Source: Candidatus Moraniibacteriota bacterium
GTDB lineage: Bacteria; Patescibacteriota; Minisyncoccia; Moranbacterales; GCA-2747515
Length of the DNA: 64,000 bases
NCBI GenBank assembly: GCA_046116545.1
Contig: CP175956.1
Span: 961,734-1,025,733, forward strand
Direction: 5' to 3'
Shown here: piece by piece, positions 9,461 through 19,029 of the stretch
Layout: each line of letters starts with the position of its first letter
Position numbering within the stretch: the stretch's first letter is position 1
The notes under the pieces: model-generated
Told to the model about the DNA's origin: nothing
What the model saw: only the letters and a program-made list of their open reading frames with translations
The model's database searches: none
Program-made: the position numbers and the translations under genes

Positions 9461-10111
9461 TTATTCTTCTAAAGAAACTGACTCATCCACCAACTTCACC
9501 AACTCACCATAAGCACCCACAACATCATCACTCTGTAAAATTGCACTTCCAACCCCGGCAGCATCAACACCTTTTTGACTGACTTTCAAAATTGTTTCTT
9601 TATTAACACCACCATCTACTGATATCCAAATATCTCCACGACGCTCTCTTAAATATGAAATTTTATTCAATGACTCTTCCAAAAATTTACTACCCTGAGT
9701 ACCTGGAATAACAGTCATAACTTGAACAGCATCAATCTCATCTATATATGTAAATACATCTTCAACCGGAGTTTGGGGTGATAATGCAATTCCTTTTGTA
9801 AAATCATAAGGATCCATAGCAGTTAAAACTTGAGATGGACTCTCAACCTCTCCAAGATGAAAATAAACTCGTTTAGCATTCAGTGCAGCACATGTATCTA
9901 AATATTTTTCAGGATGTTTGCTCATAAGATGAATCTCTACATCAAAATCATCAACTTCACCAACTAAGTCATACAAATCAAAAGTTTCACTATCAGTCAT
10001 AGTATTATCAGCTAAATCAATCTGAATCCAATCTACAGAACCACGCAACACATTCAATTGTTGAATTACATTATCACTATCTGTATCTAAAATTGCTGGA
10101 ATTATCAACAT
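9461..10111 (-). CDS. rpe: Ribulose-phosphate 3-epimerase
   Basis: IIPAIL, IQID, EIHLM, VMTVIPG, VDGGVN TIM-barrel motifs. Confidence 0.9.
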   Translation of the reverse strand: MLIIPAILDTDSDNVIQQLNVLRGSVDWIQIDLADNTMTDSETFDLYDLVGEVDDFDVEIHLMSKHPEKYLDTCAALNAKRVYFHLGEVESPSQVLTAMDPYDFTKGIALSPQTPVEDVFTYIDEIDAVQVMTVIPGTQGSKFLEESLNKISYLRERRGDIWISVDGGVNKETILKVSQKGVDAAGVGSAILQSDDVVGAYGELVKLVDESVSLEE

Positions 10112-10155
10112 AATTTTGTATATTTATAATTTACGGATTATCATTACTCCTTTTT

Positions 10156-10237
10156 GTCATTCCGGAAAGTTTATTTTCTCGTAGGGACAGTGCCTTGTGC
10201 CTGTCCACGATATTTGAAAATCACTTGTCCGGAATCT
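10156..10237. repeat. Composite palindromic element: GTCATTCCGGA...TCCGGAATC arms with nested GTAG REP-like hairpin
   Basis: Stacked pairings attccgga/tccggaat, attttc/gaaaat, tcgt/acga, ggacag/ctgtcc; inner GTAGGGACAG at 10181. Confidence 0.75.
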
Positions 10238-10279
10238 TATACTCTACTAGTAAAGTTCAGATTCCAAATCAAACCTAAA

Positions 10280-10723
10280 CTAATAGTTATCAATTTTTGC
10301 AATTCTTCTAACATGTCTTTCTTCCTCACTAAATTTCGTCTCAAGCCATAACTTCACAGAATCTTTAGCATCCTCAATACTTAAAAATCTAGCACCCAGT
10401 GAAAGAACATTTGCATTATTATGTTCTTTTGATAAAGTTATTATTTCCTTCGGACCACCATAGTATACAGCACATCTAATGCCACTAGTTCTATTTGCTA
10501 CAATCGCCTCACCCTGACCAGAACCTCCTAAAATAATTCCCAGATTCTCACTATCAGCAACTACCTCTGCAACAGGTTTTATAAAATCAGGATAATCATC
10601 ATTTTTATCAAATGAATCAGCACCAAAATCAACAACTTCAAAATTAAGTTCTTCTGTTAAAAATATCTTCAATTGTTCCTTTAAATCATAACCTGCATGG
10701 TCTGTTCCTAAATATATTTTCAT
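10280..10723 (-). CDS. rpiB: Ribose-5-phosphate isomerase B
   Basis: GTDHAGYDLK, DYPD, GSGQG, EHNNANVLSLGAR, RHVRR; start MKIYLG at 10723. Confidence 0.94.
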   Translation of the reverse strand: MKIYLGTDHAGYDLKEQLKIFLTEELNFEVVDFGADSFDKNDDYPDFIKPVAEVVADSENLGIILGGSGQGEAIVANRTSGIRCAVYYGGPKEIITLSKEHNNANVLSLGARFLSIEDAKDSVKLWLETKFSEEERHVRRIAKIDNY

Positions 10724-10809
10724 ACTTCTATTATATAACTTCAAAAACAATATTACAACTAAAAAACAGTATCCCTAAAATAATACTGTTTTTATACTTG
10801 TTATACTAA

Positions 10810-11223
10810 TTATTTATTAACACATTCTTGAGATTCTCTTGCACCATCATCACTCATTTTTATATTAGATTCAGTTGTGCTCCCTGATGGCCAAACAAAA
10901 AAATCACTTGCAATCGAATTGATTGAAAAAATCATCCCATCATTATTTAATTGATTTATTGAAAATGTTGCTATATCCTCAATGTCTAATTCAGGATTCT
11001 TTAGATTAGCACTAACAAAATAAACACTTTTAAAATCATTAGATTTTACCACCTGTCCATTATGTAGTGTAACTTCCCCATTTTTTAAACCACTCTCAAT
11101 TTTTTGCAATACAGAATCCGAAACATCTTCACAATAACTAGCGGTTGTAACAACCTCAGTTGAAGCACATCCGGTAGTAAATAATATAAGACTTGCCACT
11201 AAGAAAATTTTTCTCATATTCAT
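10810..11223 (-). CDS. Hypothetical lipoprotein
   Basis: Signal peptide with lipobox-like FTTGC; no recognised family. Confidence 0.65.
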   Translation of the reverse strand: MNMRKIFLVASLILFTTGCASTEVVTTASYCEDVSDSVLQKIESGLKNGEVTLHNGQVVKSNDFKSVYFVSANLKNPELDIEDIATFSINQLNNDGMIFSINSIASDFFVWPSGSTTESNIKMSDDGARESQECVNK

Positions 11224-11238
11224 TAAGTTACTAATTTT

Positions 11239-12165
11239 TTAATTTTTCTTTATATATTCATGAGCAGACAAAAGTGCCTTTATAGCATCTCCTACAGCTA
11301 TGTTATTTTGACGAAATATTGAATTTGTTACATCTCCTGCAGCAAATACTCCAGCACAGCTTGTTTCTTGCGTTTCAAAATTTACCACTATATTATTCCA
11401 ATCATCAGTATCTACAAATTCTCCTACAATTTCACTATTTGGAACAGAACCAATTTCTACAAATACTCCTTGCACAGCAAGTTCTTTTTCTTCATCGCTA
11501 TCATTGTGTTTGTATTTCAATCCAGTTACCATCATTTCTCCAACTACTTCAGATGCATTTGATTCATAAATTATCTCAACTTTATCTGAATTCATAATTT
11601 CCTCCTGTGTTATAGGATCACCTCTAAGTCCACCTTCTGGCTTGCGTGCTATCAAATAAACTTTATTTGCATATTTCATAAGATCAACAACTGCTTCAAG
11701 TCCACTATTTCCGCCACCTACAACTGCAACATCTTTATCCTTGAAAAAAGGCGCATCACACGTTGCACAAAATGCAACCCCCTTACCTTCAAAGTCAGAT
11801 TCACCAGGAACACCCATCCTCCTATGTCGTCCACCCGAACAAACTATAACTGTTTTTGTTTCATATTTATCGTCTCCTACAATAACTTCAAAAGTTCCAT
11901 CTTCTTTTTTATTTACAACATCCACTTTTTCACCAATGTGCAAATCAATATTATCTTTTTGAGATTCTAAGTGTTTTTTTAATTTAATAGCCAAATCAGC
12001 TCCGGCTATAACTTCTTCACCAATCCAATTTTCAATACCATCAGACACAACAGATTGTCCACCAATCTGCTGGGCAAATAAAGCTGTTTTGATTTGTTTA
12101 CGAGCCGCATAAACGCCTGCTGCTACAGCTGCTGGACCACCTCCAATAATAATAGTTTCGTACAT
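11239..12165 (-). CDS. trxB: Thioredoxin reductase (TrxB / AhpF C-terminal type)
   Basis: GGGPAA FAD site, CATCD redox motif, GGGNSG NAD(P)H site, FAAGD. Confidence 0.9.
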   Translation of the reverse strand: MYETIIIGGGPAAVAAGVYAARKQIKTALFAQQIGGQSVVSDGIENWIGEEVIAGADLAIKLKKHLESQKDNIDLHIGEKVDVVNKKEDGTFEVIVGDDKYETKTVIVCSGGRHRRMGVPGESDFEGKGVAFCATCDAPFFKDKDVAVVGGGNSGLEAVVDLMKYANKVYLIARKPEGGLRGDPITQEEIMNSDKVEIIYESNASEVVGEMMVTGLKYKHNDSDEEKELAVQGVFVEIGSVPNSEIVGEFVDTDDWNNIVVNFETQETSCAGVFAAGDVTNSIFRQNNIAVGDAIKALLSAHEYIKKN

Positions 12166-12197
12166 AATTTTATAAAATAAAAATAATAAATCTAATA

Positions 12198-12230
12198 ATG
12201 AAGTGGATGAAAATATCTATCCACTTCATT
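12198..12230. terminator. Hairpin between the glutaredoxin gene and trxB
   Basis: atgaagtggat...atccacttcat inverted repeat. Confidence 0.45.
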
Positions 12231-12239
12231 CAAGATTGA

Positions 12240-12485
12240 CTATAGTCCTAAAAGATTTGTAAGTTGAACTTGATCAAATCCAACTAATACTTCTTCTTGA
12301 CCATCTTTCTCAATAATAATTACTGGAACTCCCATTTGTCCAGTTTTTTCTACCATTGCTTGAGCTTTTTGTTGATCTACAGAAACATCCACTTCTTCAT
12401 ATTCTACACCCTTTTCTTGCAAAAAATCCTTTGCCATTGTGCAATAACCACATGTTGGTGTGGAATAAATTGTTACTTTTGCCAT
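12240..12485 (-). CDS. Glutaredoxin / NrdH-redoxin
   Basis: YSTPTCGYC active site, GQMGVPV cis-Pro motif, VGFD. Confidence 0.92.
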   Translation of the reverse strand: MAKVTIYSTPTCGYCTMAKDFLQEKGVEYEEVDVSVDQQKAQAMVEKTGQMGVPVIIIEKDGQEEVLVGFDQVQLTNLLGL

Positions 12486-12552
12486 AATGCTTTTCTTACT
12501 TATTACTTATAATACTAATTATTTTAGCATATAATCAATTATACGCACAACC

Positions 12553-12581
12553 TTGACTAAACACTTTTTTTTGTGCATAAT
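12553..12581 (+). promoter_or_regulatory. Sigma70-type promoter for tRNA-Arg
   Basis: TTGACT-17 nt-CATAAT. Confidence 0.6.
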
Positions 12582-12603
12582 GAATAAATACTGTTAATCC
12601 CAT

Positions 12604-12676
12604 GCCCTCGTGGTGAAATTGGATATCACATTTGGTTTCGGCCCAAACGTTCTAGGTTCAAGTCCTGGCGAGGGCA
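12604..12676 (+). tRNA. tRNA-Arg(TCG)
   Basis: GCCCTCG/CGAGGGC acceptor, anticodon arm TTTGG-TTTCGGC-CCAAA, T-loop GGTTCAAGTCC. Confidence 0.93.
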
Positions 12677-12684
12677 CAATAAAT

Positions 12685-12715
12685 AAAAAAGCATTTATTA
12701 TATAAATGCTTTTTT
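12685..12715. terminator. Bidirectional terminator between tRNA-Arg and the end of the pilus operon
   Basis: aaaaaagcattta-ttata-taaatgctttttt. Confidence 0.75.
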
Positions 12716-12724
12716 ATTTTTATG

Positions 12725-13090
12725 TTATACATCACTTTCAACATCTATTTTATCTTCATAAAAAACATCTCGATATTCTTGCCTACCCTCATTAAACTTA
12801 CTCCCACGAGCATCAATTAAATCATTCGCATTGTCAAATTTTTTCTTTTCTAAAATAACTTCCTTTTTCTTAGCTTCTACATACTCTACAGTTTCAACTT
12901 GACTCACCTCATTTTCATATAAATATGAGTACCAAAAGTAAACCAGAGTACCTGCCACAAAAATCGCTAATACAGCCAATATATACTTAAATGACTTTAT
13001 CCACCATTTACGTGCTGATTTAATGATTTTACCAGCATTACTAACTGGATCATTAAATGTATCACGACCTTTTAATCCAAACATACACAA
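12725..13090 (-). CDS. Single-TM hypothetical protein at the pilP position of the pilMNO cluster
   Basis: One TM helix followed by a helical region; last gene of the operon. Confidence 0.6.
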   Translation of the reverse strand: MCMFGLKGRDTFNDPVSNAGKIIKSARKWWIKSFKYILAVLAIFVAGTLVYFWYSYLYENEVSQVETVEYVEAKKKEVILEKKKFDNANDLIDARGSKFNEGRQEYRDVFYEDKIDVESDV

Positions 13091-13101
13091 TCCTTATATT
13101 A

Positions 13102-13740
13102 CTATTTATTATCTAGATAAAACACGGTAATCATAGTTGTTTTTAATAACTCATTTTTCATTTCCTCAACATCAGTAGTGCTCATATTAATATTTGATTC
13201 TGTTCTACTTGTTACAAGTGATAATACATCATTAAAATATTTCATATTTTCCAATTTTTGCAAAAACTCTATTAAATCATTTTGATTCCCTGTTAATGCA
13301 ATCTTTAATTTCATATTATTCTTTGTTAACGGTTCGATACTGACTTTTTCATCAGTTTCATCTTCTTTTACTTTTGCCTTTGTTTTCTTTACAACTACAG
13401 CACTATTCACAACCTCCAGAGATATCTTATTACCCGTATTATTAGCAATCTCTTCTAATTGTGAAAATAAATTAATTTTTTCATCATCATTATCTGGCAA
13501 TAACACATTTAACCCTTCTTTTTCTATAGATATGTATTCGGAAGTTTTTTCAAATTCATAAACATTCACTAAAAACTCTTCAGCTAACGCATGACCTAAT
13601 TGTAATTGCTCTAATTCTGCTGATTTATTTTTTATCAATCCAATAATATCAAAGGATTTATTGAACATAACAATAATCAATACTAAAAATATAAATATGG
13701 TTATTATTTGTTTATAATATTTTTTTATAAAATATGCCAT
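13102..13740 (-). CDS. PilO-like type IV pilus alignment protein
   Basis: N-terminal TM, coiled coil, 'LTGNQNDLIEFLQKLENM' ferredoxin-like PilO signature; follows pilN. Confidence 0.75.
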   Translation of the reverse strand: MAYFIKKYYKQIITIFIFLVLIIVMFNKSFDIIGLIKNKSAELEQLQLGHALAEEFLVNVYEFEKTSEYISIEKEGLNVLLPDNDDEKINLFSQLEEIANNTGNKISLEVVNSAVVVKKTKAKVKEDETDEKVSIEPLTKNNMKLKIALTGNQNDLIEFLQKLENMKYFNDVLSLVTSRTESNINMSTTDVEEMKNELLKTTMITVFYLDNK

Positions 13741-13744
13741 AAAT

Positions 13745-14308
13745 TTACTTCAAACAATCTAAATTAATCTTAAACGTCATTGTAAAAAAAATATCAACAG
13801 GAGTTGCTAATTGCTCCTCTGGAACAACAACATTTGTAAAACACTTTTTTTCATCATATTCCATATCCTTAAGTGCATTCTTAAACTCCACCACACTCTC
13901 CCGTGTATTTGCTTGAGCCTTAATTGATACAGAATCATTTGTTGTTTTTATGCTCTCAATAACTATACTACTAGGAACAGTTTCACTTAAAAATATAATC
14001 ATCCTAGACCATTTTAAATGATTTTTATCTAACTTATTAATCAAATCAACCTTTTTATTCACTTCAATAAATTCATCATGCATTACTGCAACTTTTTTAT
14101 ATCTTTCATTTTCTGTAACACTAGACTTTACTTCTTCCATAACAGAAATTTCAGTCTTTAATATAAAATAAACAGCAAATAATCCACCTATCAAAAACAA
14201 AAACGCTATCATGACATGAATTTCCTGTTCCATTATTATTCTAAATGTTTTACGCCTATTCAAATGGTCTTTTTGTTTTTTTGGCAATAAATTGAATTTT
14301 ATTTTCAT
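13745..14308 (-). CDS. pilN: PilN-like type IV pilus alignment protein
   Basis: N-terminal FNLLP PilM-binding motif, TM, 'LSETVPSSIVIESI'. Confidence 0.82.
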   Translation of the reverse strand: MKIKFNLLPKKQKDHLNRRKTFRIIMEQEIHVMIAFLFLIGGLFAVYFILKTEISVMEEVKSSVTENERYKKVAVMHDEFIEVNKKVDLINKLDKNHLKWSRMIIFLSETVPSSIVIESIKTTNDSVSIKAQANTRESVVEFKNALKDMEYDEKKCFTNVVVPEEQLATPVDIFFTMTFKINLDCLK

Positions 14309-14314
14309 ATAATT

Positions 14315-15376
14315 TTATATACTCTTTGAAGCTAAACCAATCACTGTTGCATATTGAACGGACGCTTCTCTATTTATTGGTGGCACACTTTTGAAATTCA
14401 CATTCACCCACGGATTTCCAAGCTCAATATTATAACCCAATCTACGAGATAAATAAGGTGCAATTCCCAATGTTCTAGCACCACCTCCACACATTATAAT
14501 TTTATCTATTTTATCAGTATAATTTAATCCATTCAAATAAAAATCAATAGATTTTTGTGCTTCACCAGCAAAGTTCTCCATAACAGCTTTAGTCGCTTGA
14601 AATACATGATCATTTTTCAATACTGACCCAACACCATATGTTATTTTAATATTTTCAGCCTCTGAATAAGTTATTCCAAATGTTTGCTCTATTGTTTTAG
14701 TCATGGCTTCGGAAGATAATGGAATACTTGATGTAAAAACAGGAATATTGTCAACAGTAACAACAAAACTAGTTCCCTTATCTCCTATATCTATAATCAT
14801 AGTGGTAGCACCTTTTTCATCATCTCTCAATAAACTATTGGATTGAGCTACTGATTCAATCTCAAATCCATACGCGGTTAACCCAGCTCTTCTGAGCATT
14901 TTTATATACCTATTTATAAAATCCTTAGACACAGCAACTATAATAACATCCATCTGTTTCTTATCTTTTGTAAGTCTCCTATCAAGTACTTGCCAATCAT
15001 AATAAACTTGATCAATAGAAAGAGGTATTGCAGCTTCTATCTCCCATTTAATAGCTTCAGCAACTTCCTCATCTTTCATATTTGGAATAGTTACTATTCG
15101 CAAAAATGATTTTGACTCTGGAAGTGAACAAATAACATTACGAGCTGATATTCCAGCTTTTTTTCTTGCTCTATCGATGGCACCTAGTACAACATCAAAA
15201 TTAGTAATATCCCCATTATTTACTATTCCTGCAGGTATTTTTTCAGATGCAAAGCCATACACATCATCATATTCTCCATGATGTGTAATCTGTAAAACCT
15301 TTATAGAAAGATCGCTAATATCCAAACCAAAAAATGGTGGCGTTGGATCAATGAATTTCTTATTAAATATGGACAT
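14315..15376 (-). CDS. pilM: Type IV pilus assembly protein PilM
   Basis: GLDISD, AIKWEIEAAIP..DQVYYDWQ, IDIG, CGGGA, GNPW. Confidence 0.93.
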   Translation of the reverse strand: MSIFNKKFIDPTPPFFGLDISDLSIKVLQITHHGEYDDVYGFASEKIPAGIVNNGDITNFDVVLGAIDRARKKAGISARNVICSLPESKSFLRIVTIPNMKDEEVAEAIKWEIEAAIPLSIDQVYYDWQVLDRRLTKDKKQMDVIIVAVSKDFINRYIKMLRRAGLTAYGFEIESVAQSNSLLRDDEKGATTMIIDIGDKGTSFVVTVDNIPVFTSSIPLSSEAMTKTIEQTFGITYSEAENIKITYGVGSVLKNDHVFQATKAVMENFAGEAQKSIDFYLNGLNYTDKIDKIIMCGGGARTLGIAPYLSRRLGYNIELGNPWVNVNFKSVPPINREASVQYATVIGLASKSI

Positions 15377-15426
15377 TTATTTTTTATTTGTTTTTACCTA
15401 GTTACATGATATCACATACTCCACTT

Positions 15427-16803
15427 CTATTCCATCTCTGTCCACTGATCAATAACATAAGAACTTCCAGTTGGAAAATATGGAGGAGCTGTTACTAAAA
15501 AATTTGGATCATATGTCAATGTACTTGTGCCAACACTCGACTGTTCTAATCCTTGTTTTGTCGCAATTGCACCGTAAAAATCCATGTCTATAATTGTATC
15601 GTATTCACTACTGCGACCAACAAAACCAAATTGAGACAAAATTGCCGCATCAATCTCCAAGACTCCACTATCATTCCCAGCACCATCTATAATTGGCTCT
15701 TTTACTGTATCGATATTATTTTCAGCAGCAAGACCTAATACAGTCCATGAATCATGATTTTCATATACAACATCACCATTTATATAAATATCTTGATTTC
15801 GCCCACCTCCATTATGATGTGCAGCAATTGTCAAACGTTTACCAGCATCTAATGTTCCATCAATCCACAAATCATTTCGTAAGTAAATTGCACTTGTGTC
15901 TTGTAATGTGATTGTTTGATCAAATGATTCTTTTGTGATTGCCTTTGTATCTTTATGATGTTTTTTCACCCACCAAACATCAGCAGTACCATCTGCTTGT
16001 AAAATAATATGCCATCCTTGTCCTCCTGCTAAAGTTGGTAGTGTATATTGCCCTTGTGCTGCCGATGCTATTTCTGCAAAACTCACCACAATACTATTAA
16101 AGTCTTGGACTGGTGATGGGAATATTTTTGCACCTGCAAAAAAACCATTACCAGTTTGACTCCAGATACCCTCTTTCTCTTCAGTGGCACTATTATTATC
16201 ATGGTCATATGTTGCAACACTACTAGATACTGCACCATAAGCGCTACCATTAAACTCAATCCCATCATTTGCATGTACTGCGCCATAAAATGTTGTTTTA
16301 TTGTTAATAATCAAACTGGAATCAGATAACAAAACAAATTCACTCCAAGCAGGTCGACGCATACGAACACGTACACTACGCGTTACGTCCGGTTCTTTAT
16401 ATGTCCAACCAGTAGCTAAAATTTCTGCATCAGTAGATCCTGAACTTGGCCTAATTACGCAAATACGATATCTTCCAATTGTATTAGTTCCATCATAATC
16501 AACTTCATAAGCTTCCGACTCACTACATTCACCATCATTATCAGAATCAACTCCATAAGGATTACCATTTTCCCAAAAATCTGCAACTTCTTCCGCTGTT
16601 TTACCATCTACATTATGTCCTAAATACCATCTATAAAAATATATACCAGATTCTGCCATGTGAAGAGCTTGTTGTCTTGGTTGTGCATGCAGACTATATT
16701 TAAAATGTTCTGTAACAAAACGTATTAATCCAGTAAAAATAACAGCCACTGAAACAATAACAATAAGACCATATACCAATGCTGTTCCTTTTTTTATTTG
16801 CAT
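15427..16803 (-). CDS. PilX-like minor pilin / tip protein (cassette B)
   Basis: KKG|TALVY class III signal lacking E5, 'ALHMAESGI' PilX-type motif, beta-rich C-terminus. Confidence 0.75.
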   Translation of the reverse strand: MQIKKGTALVYGLIVIVSVAVIFTGLIRFVTEHFKYSLHAQPRQQALHMAESGIYFYRWYLGHNVDGKTAEEVADFWENGNPYGVDSDNDGECSESEAYEVDYDGTNTIGRYRICVIRPSSGSTDAEILATGWTYKEPDVTRSVRVRMRRPAWSEFVLLSDSSLIINNKTTFYGAVHANDGIEFNGSAYGAVSSSVATYDHDNNSATEEKEGIWSQTGNGFFAGAKIFPSPVQDFNSIVVSFAEIASAAQGQYTLPTLAGGQGWHIILQADGTADVWWVKKHHKDTKAITKESFDQTITLQDTSAIYLRNDLWIDGTLDAGKRLTIAAHHNGGGRNQDIYINGDVVYENHDSWTVLGLAAENNIDTVKEPIIDGAGNDSGVLEIDAAILSQFGFVGRSSEYDTIIDMDFYGAIATKQGLEQSSVGTSTLTYDPNFLVTAPPYFPTGSSYVIDQWTEME

Positions 16804-16828
16804 ATAATTTAAATTATTTTACGTAAAA

Positions 16829-17461
16829 TTAAGTCGGTGTTTTACCAAATAAAGACAAGTTACGCATAAGTACCTGTGATTGTATGCGCACATTATTTGG
16901 TTGACGAATTTGATCTACATTTACAAAAAGTAAAATTTTCACCAAAGATACACTCCCTGTATTTACAGGAGATGTAAGTTCTGTATTTGTTAAATCATAA
17001 TATGTAAATATGGGATCTTGTTCAGAATTATTCACAACATAGTTTGCAACACGAGTTATAATTTCATCATTAGCAACATCATAAATTGGCGGAGTCACTG
17101 TTGTGTCCAAGTTCGTAACTCCAACATTAAATGTATCATCAACATCATTTAAAAAATATCTAATACGCTCAATTTCATCATCACCATCATAATTTGCATA
17201 AAAAATAAATTCTGACACATCTGCAAATTCTACTGCATGTGCACCATCCCCACCAGAACTAGCACGACGAATATTTTTCACTGCATCATCTACACCGCGA
17301 GAAGCATGTAATGTTGCATAACCTAACTCAATAGCAAAATGATTCATCTCCCACACTTTTATAAAAAACATTGTAAATCCTAAAAGCACCATCGATGTAA
17401 TAGTAATCACCACAATAGTTTCAATAAGAGTAAATCCTTTTTTATTTTCTATATACATCAT
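16829..17461 (-). CDS. Prepilin-type minor pilin (PilW-like, cassette B)
   Basis: KKG|FTLIE cleavage/methylation motif; ends with 'VLMRNL'. Confidence 0.82.
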   Translation of the reverse strand: MMYIENKKGFTLIETIVVITITSMVLLGFTMFFIKVWEMNHFAIELGYATLHASRGVDDAVKNIRRASSGGDGAHAVEFADVSEFIFYANYDGDDEIERIRYFLNDVDDTFNVGVTNLDTTVTPPIYDVANDEIITRVANYVVNNSEQDPIFTYYDLTNTELTSPVNTGSVSLVKILLFVNVDQIRQPNNVRIQSQVLMRNLSLFGKTPT

Positions 17462-17479
17462 ATTAATTATGCATCAAAA

Positions 17480-18964
17480 TTAACTACTGGGATTCAATTC
17501 AATACTAACACTCTCCAAACCACTTATTGTAACTGAATCGTCATCATCTGTTATATAATCACTTGCTGTTACAGTAATATTGTATTGCTCTCCATCAATT
17601 AAAACATCATCAGCAACCCCATCACCATCTCCATCATTTTCTGCCACATCCACCGGAAAATACACTTTACCATGAACGTCAGTTTGTTGTGACACGTCAT
17701 ATCCAAGTGTTGTATTTTCCAGTTGCACTGTTACACCCTCAAATGGACCAGTTGTTAATGAATCAGTTATTGACACAATGACACCTGGCTCACTTTCATC
17801 AATAATAATCATGTCACTATTATATACACCACTTTCTACGGATATTGAGTTTTGTTCAGTATCTGAACCAGGATTAAATTTCCATAAAACATATCCTGAT
17901 TCATCTAATATGAAATCATATTTTCCAATACTTGACTCATATCCAGCAATATCAGCATCAAAATCAACTTCGCCTTCATTCCCTGATTCTGTACTAGAAA
18001 CTGCATTAAGAGCTGTATTAATATACACAGGATCATTGCTTACATACAAAAACCCCAACACTCTACCACCTGAGAAAGTAAAATCAATATCGGACACAAC
18101 ATTACCAAAAGGATCTTTTGTAAAAATATGAAGTTCTGGCAAAACATCCTCCACAATAGTAATTGTTGTAATTGTTCCTGCAATTATCGATGCATCTGTA
18201 TACATTGGATAATATGATGATACTGGATAAGGTGCCATTGTTTGTATTTCTTCACTTCCCGAAAGTAAAACAGTTATTTGATACATATCCATTCCAGGCA
18301 TCAATCCTTCAAATAAAACATTACCAGCAGAATCAGTTGTATTACTAAAATCTGGTGTCGGATTACCACTCCCAACAATATCAACACCTACAGTAGCACC
18401 ACTTACAGCAGCGCCTTCCGAGTCAACAACATTCACTGACAATATTCCATCTATTACGGCAGATTCATTTCCTGAAGGTGGTACAAAAAATGATGTTAAT
18501 TCGATGCTATTTACAGTATTAGAAACATCAACCATTCCTACTCCCCATAAAATCTTAATGTTTACACGCTTATAATCATTTGGGATGCTATCTCCGCCAC
18601 CAAAACCATCATCTGGATTATCAACATAATAAATCTCTGTTAAAACACGATACATACTGTTATTTATAGTTTTAACCTCATCATAATCTAACCCAGTACC
18701 TGAACCTGTAATCACACTCCCGTCTGGTGGATTTGTCGTTGAATCCAAAAAAATATTATCATATGGTGTATTACGCAAAATCTCCAGTTCTGCTGTAGCA
18801 AGTTCAACAGCTTCCGTACGCTGTTTTGTTTCAAGTGAATAACTTACGACAAGAGCGTATGTTTTGTAAAAGGTCATTACAGAGATACTAAAAATAAACA
18901 ATAACACTATACTTTCTATTAAAGTAAAGCCTTTTTTTTTATTGTAAAAATATGAAAAATTCAT
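17480..18964 (-). CDS. Large prepilin (PilV-like) with C-terminal carboxypeptidase-regulatory/Ig-like repeats (cassette B)
   Basis: KKG|FTLIE; 'ELEILRN', 'DYKRV'; 'GATV...TDSAG' and 'TDVHG' beta-sandwich repeats. Confidence 0.8.
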   Translation of the reverse strand: MNFSYFYNKKKGFTLIESIVLLFIFSISVMTFYKTYALVVSYSLETKQRTEAVELATAELEILRNTPYDNIFLDSTTNPPDGSVITGSGTGLDYDEVKTINNSMYRVLTEIYYVDNPDDGFGGGDSIPNDYKRVNIKILWGVGMVDVSNTVNSIELTSFFVPPSGNESAVIDGILSVNVVDSEGAAVSGATVGVDIVGSGNPTPDFSNTTDSAGNVLFEGLMPGMDMYQITVLLSGSEEIQTMAPYPVSSYYPMYTDASIIAGTITTITIVEDVLPELHIFTKDPFGNVVSDIDFTFSGGRVLGFLYVSNDPVYINTALNAVSSTESGNEGEVDFDADIAGYESSIGKYDFILDESGYVLWKFNPGSDTEQNSISVESGVYNSDMIIIDESEPGVIVSITDSLTTGPFEGVTVQLENTTLGYDVSQQTDVHGKVYFPVDVAENDGDGDGVADDVLIDGEQYNITVTASDYITDDDDSVTISGLESVSIELNPSS

Positions 18965-19011
18965 TTATTATATTTTAATTTTTGTATTATATTTCAATAA
19001 CCTACAAATTC

Positions 19012-19020
19012 ATTATAGCA
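19012..19020 (-). promoter_or_regulatory. Extended -10 promoter between the two minor-pilin cassettes
   Basis: Minus strand TGCTATAAT (TGn + TATAAT) about 47 nt upstream of the ATG at 18964. Confidence 0.6.
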
Positions 19021-19029
19021 TACGACACC

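Noticed and set aside
9334-9582. 82-aa plus-strand ORF (MSHYSLSLWERAGVRV...)
   Set aside because: It is the translation of the CCCTCTCCC/GGGAGAGGG repeat and overlaps rpe antisense; not a credible gene.
10154-10351. 65-aa plus-strand ORF
   Set aside because: Reads through the palindromic element and antisense into rpiB.
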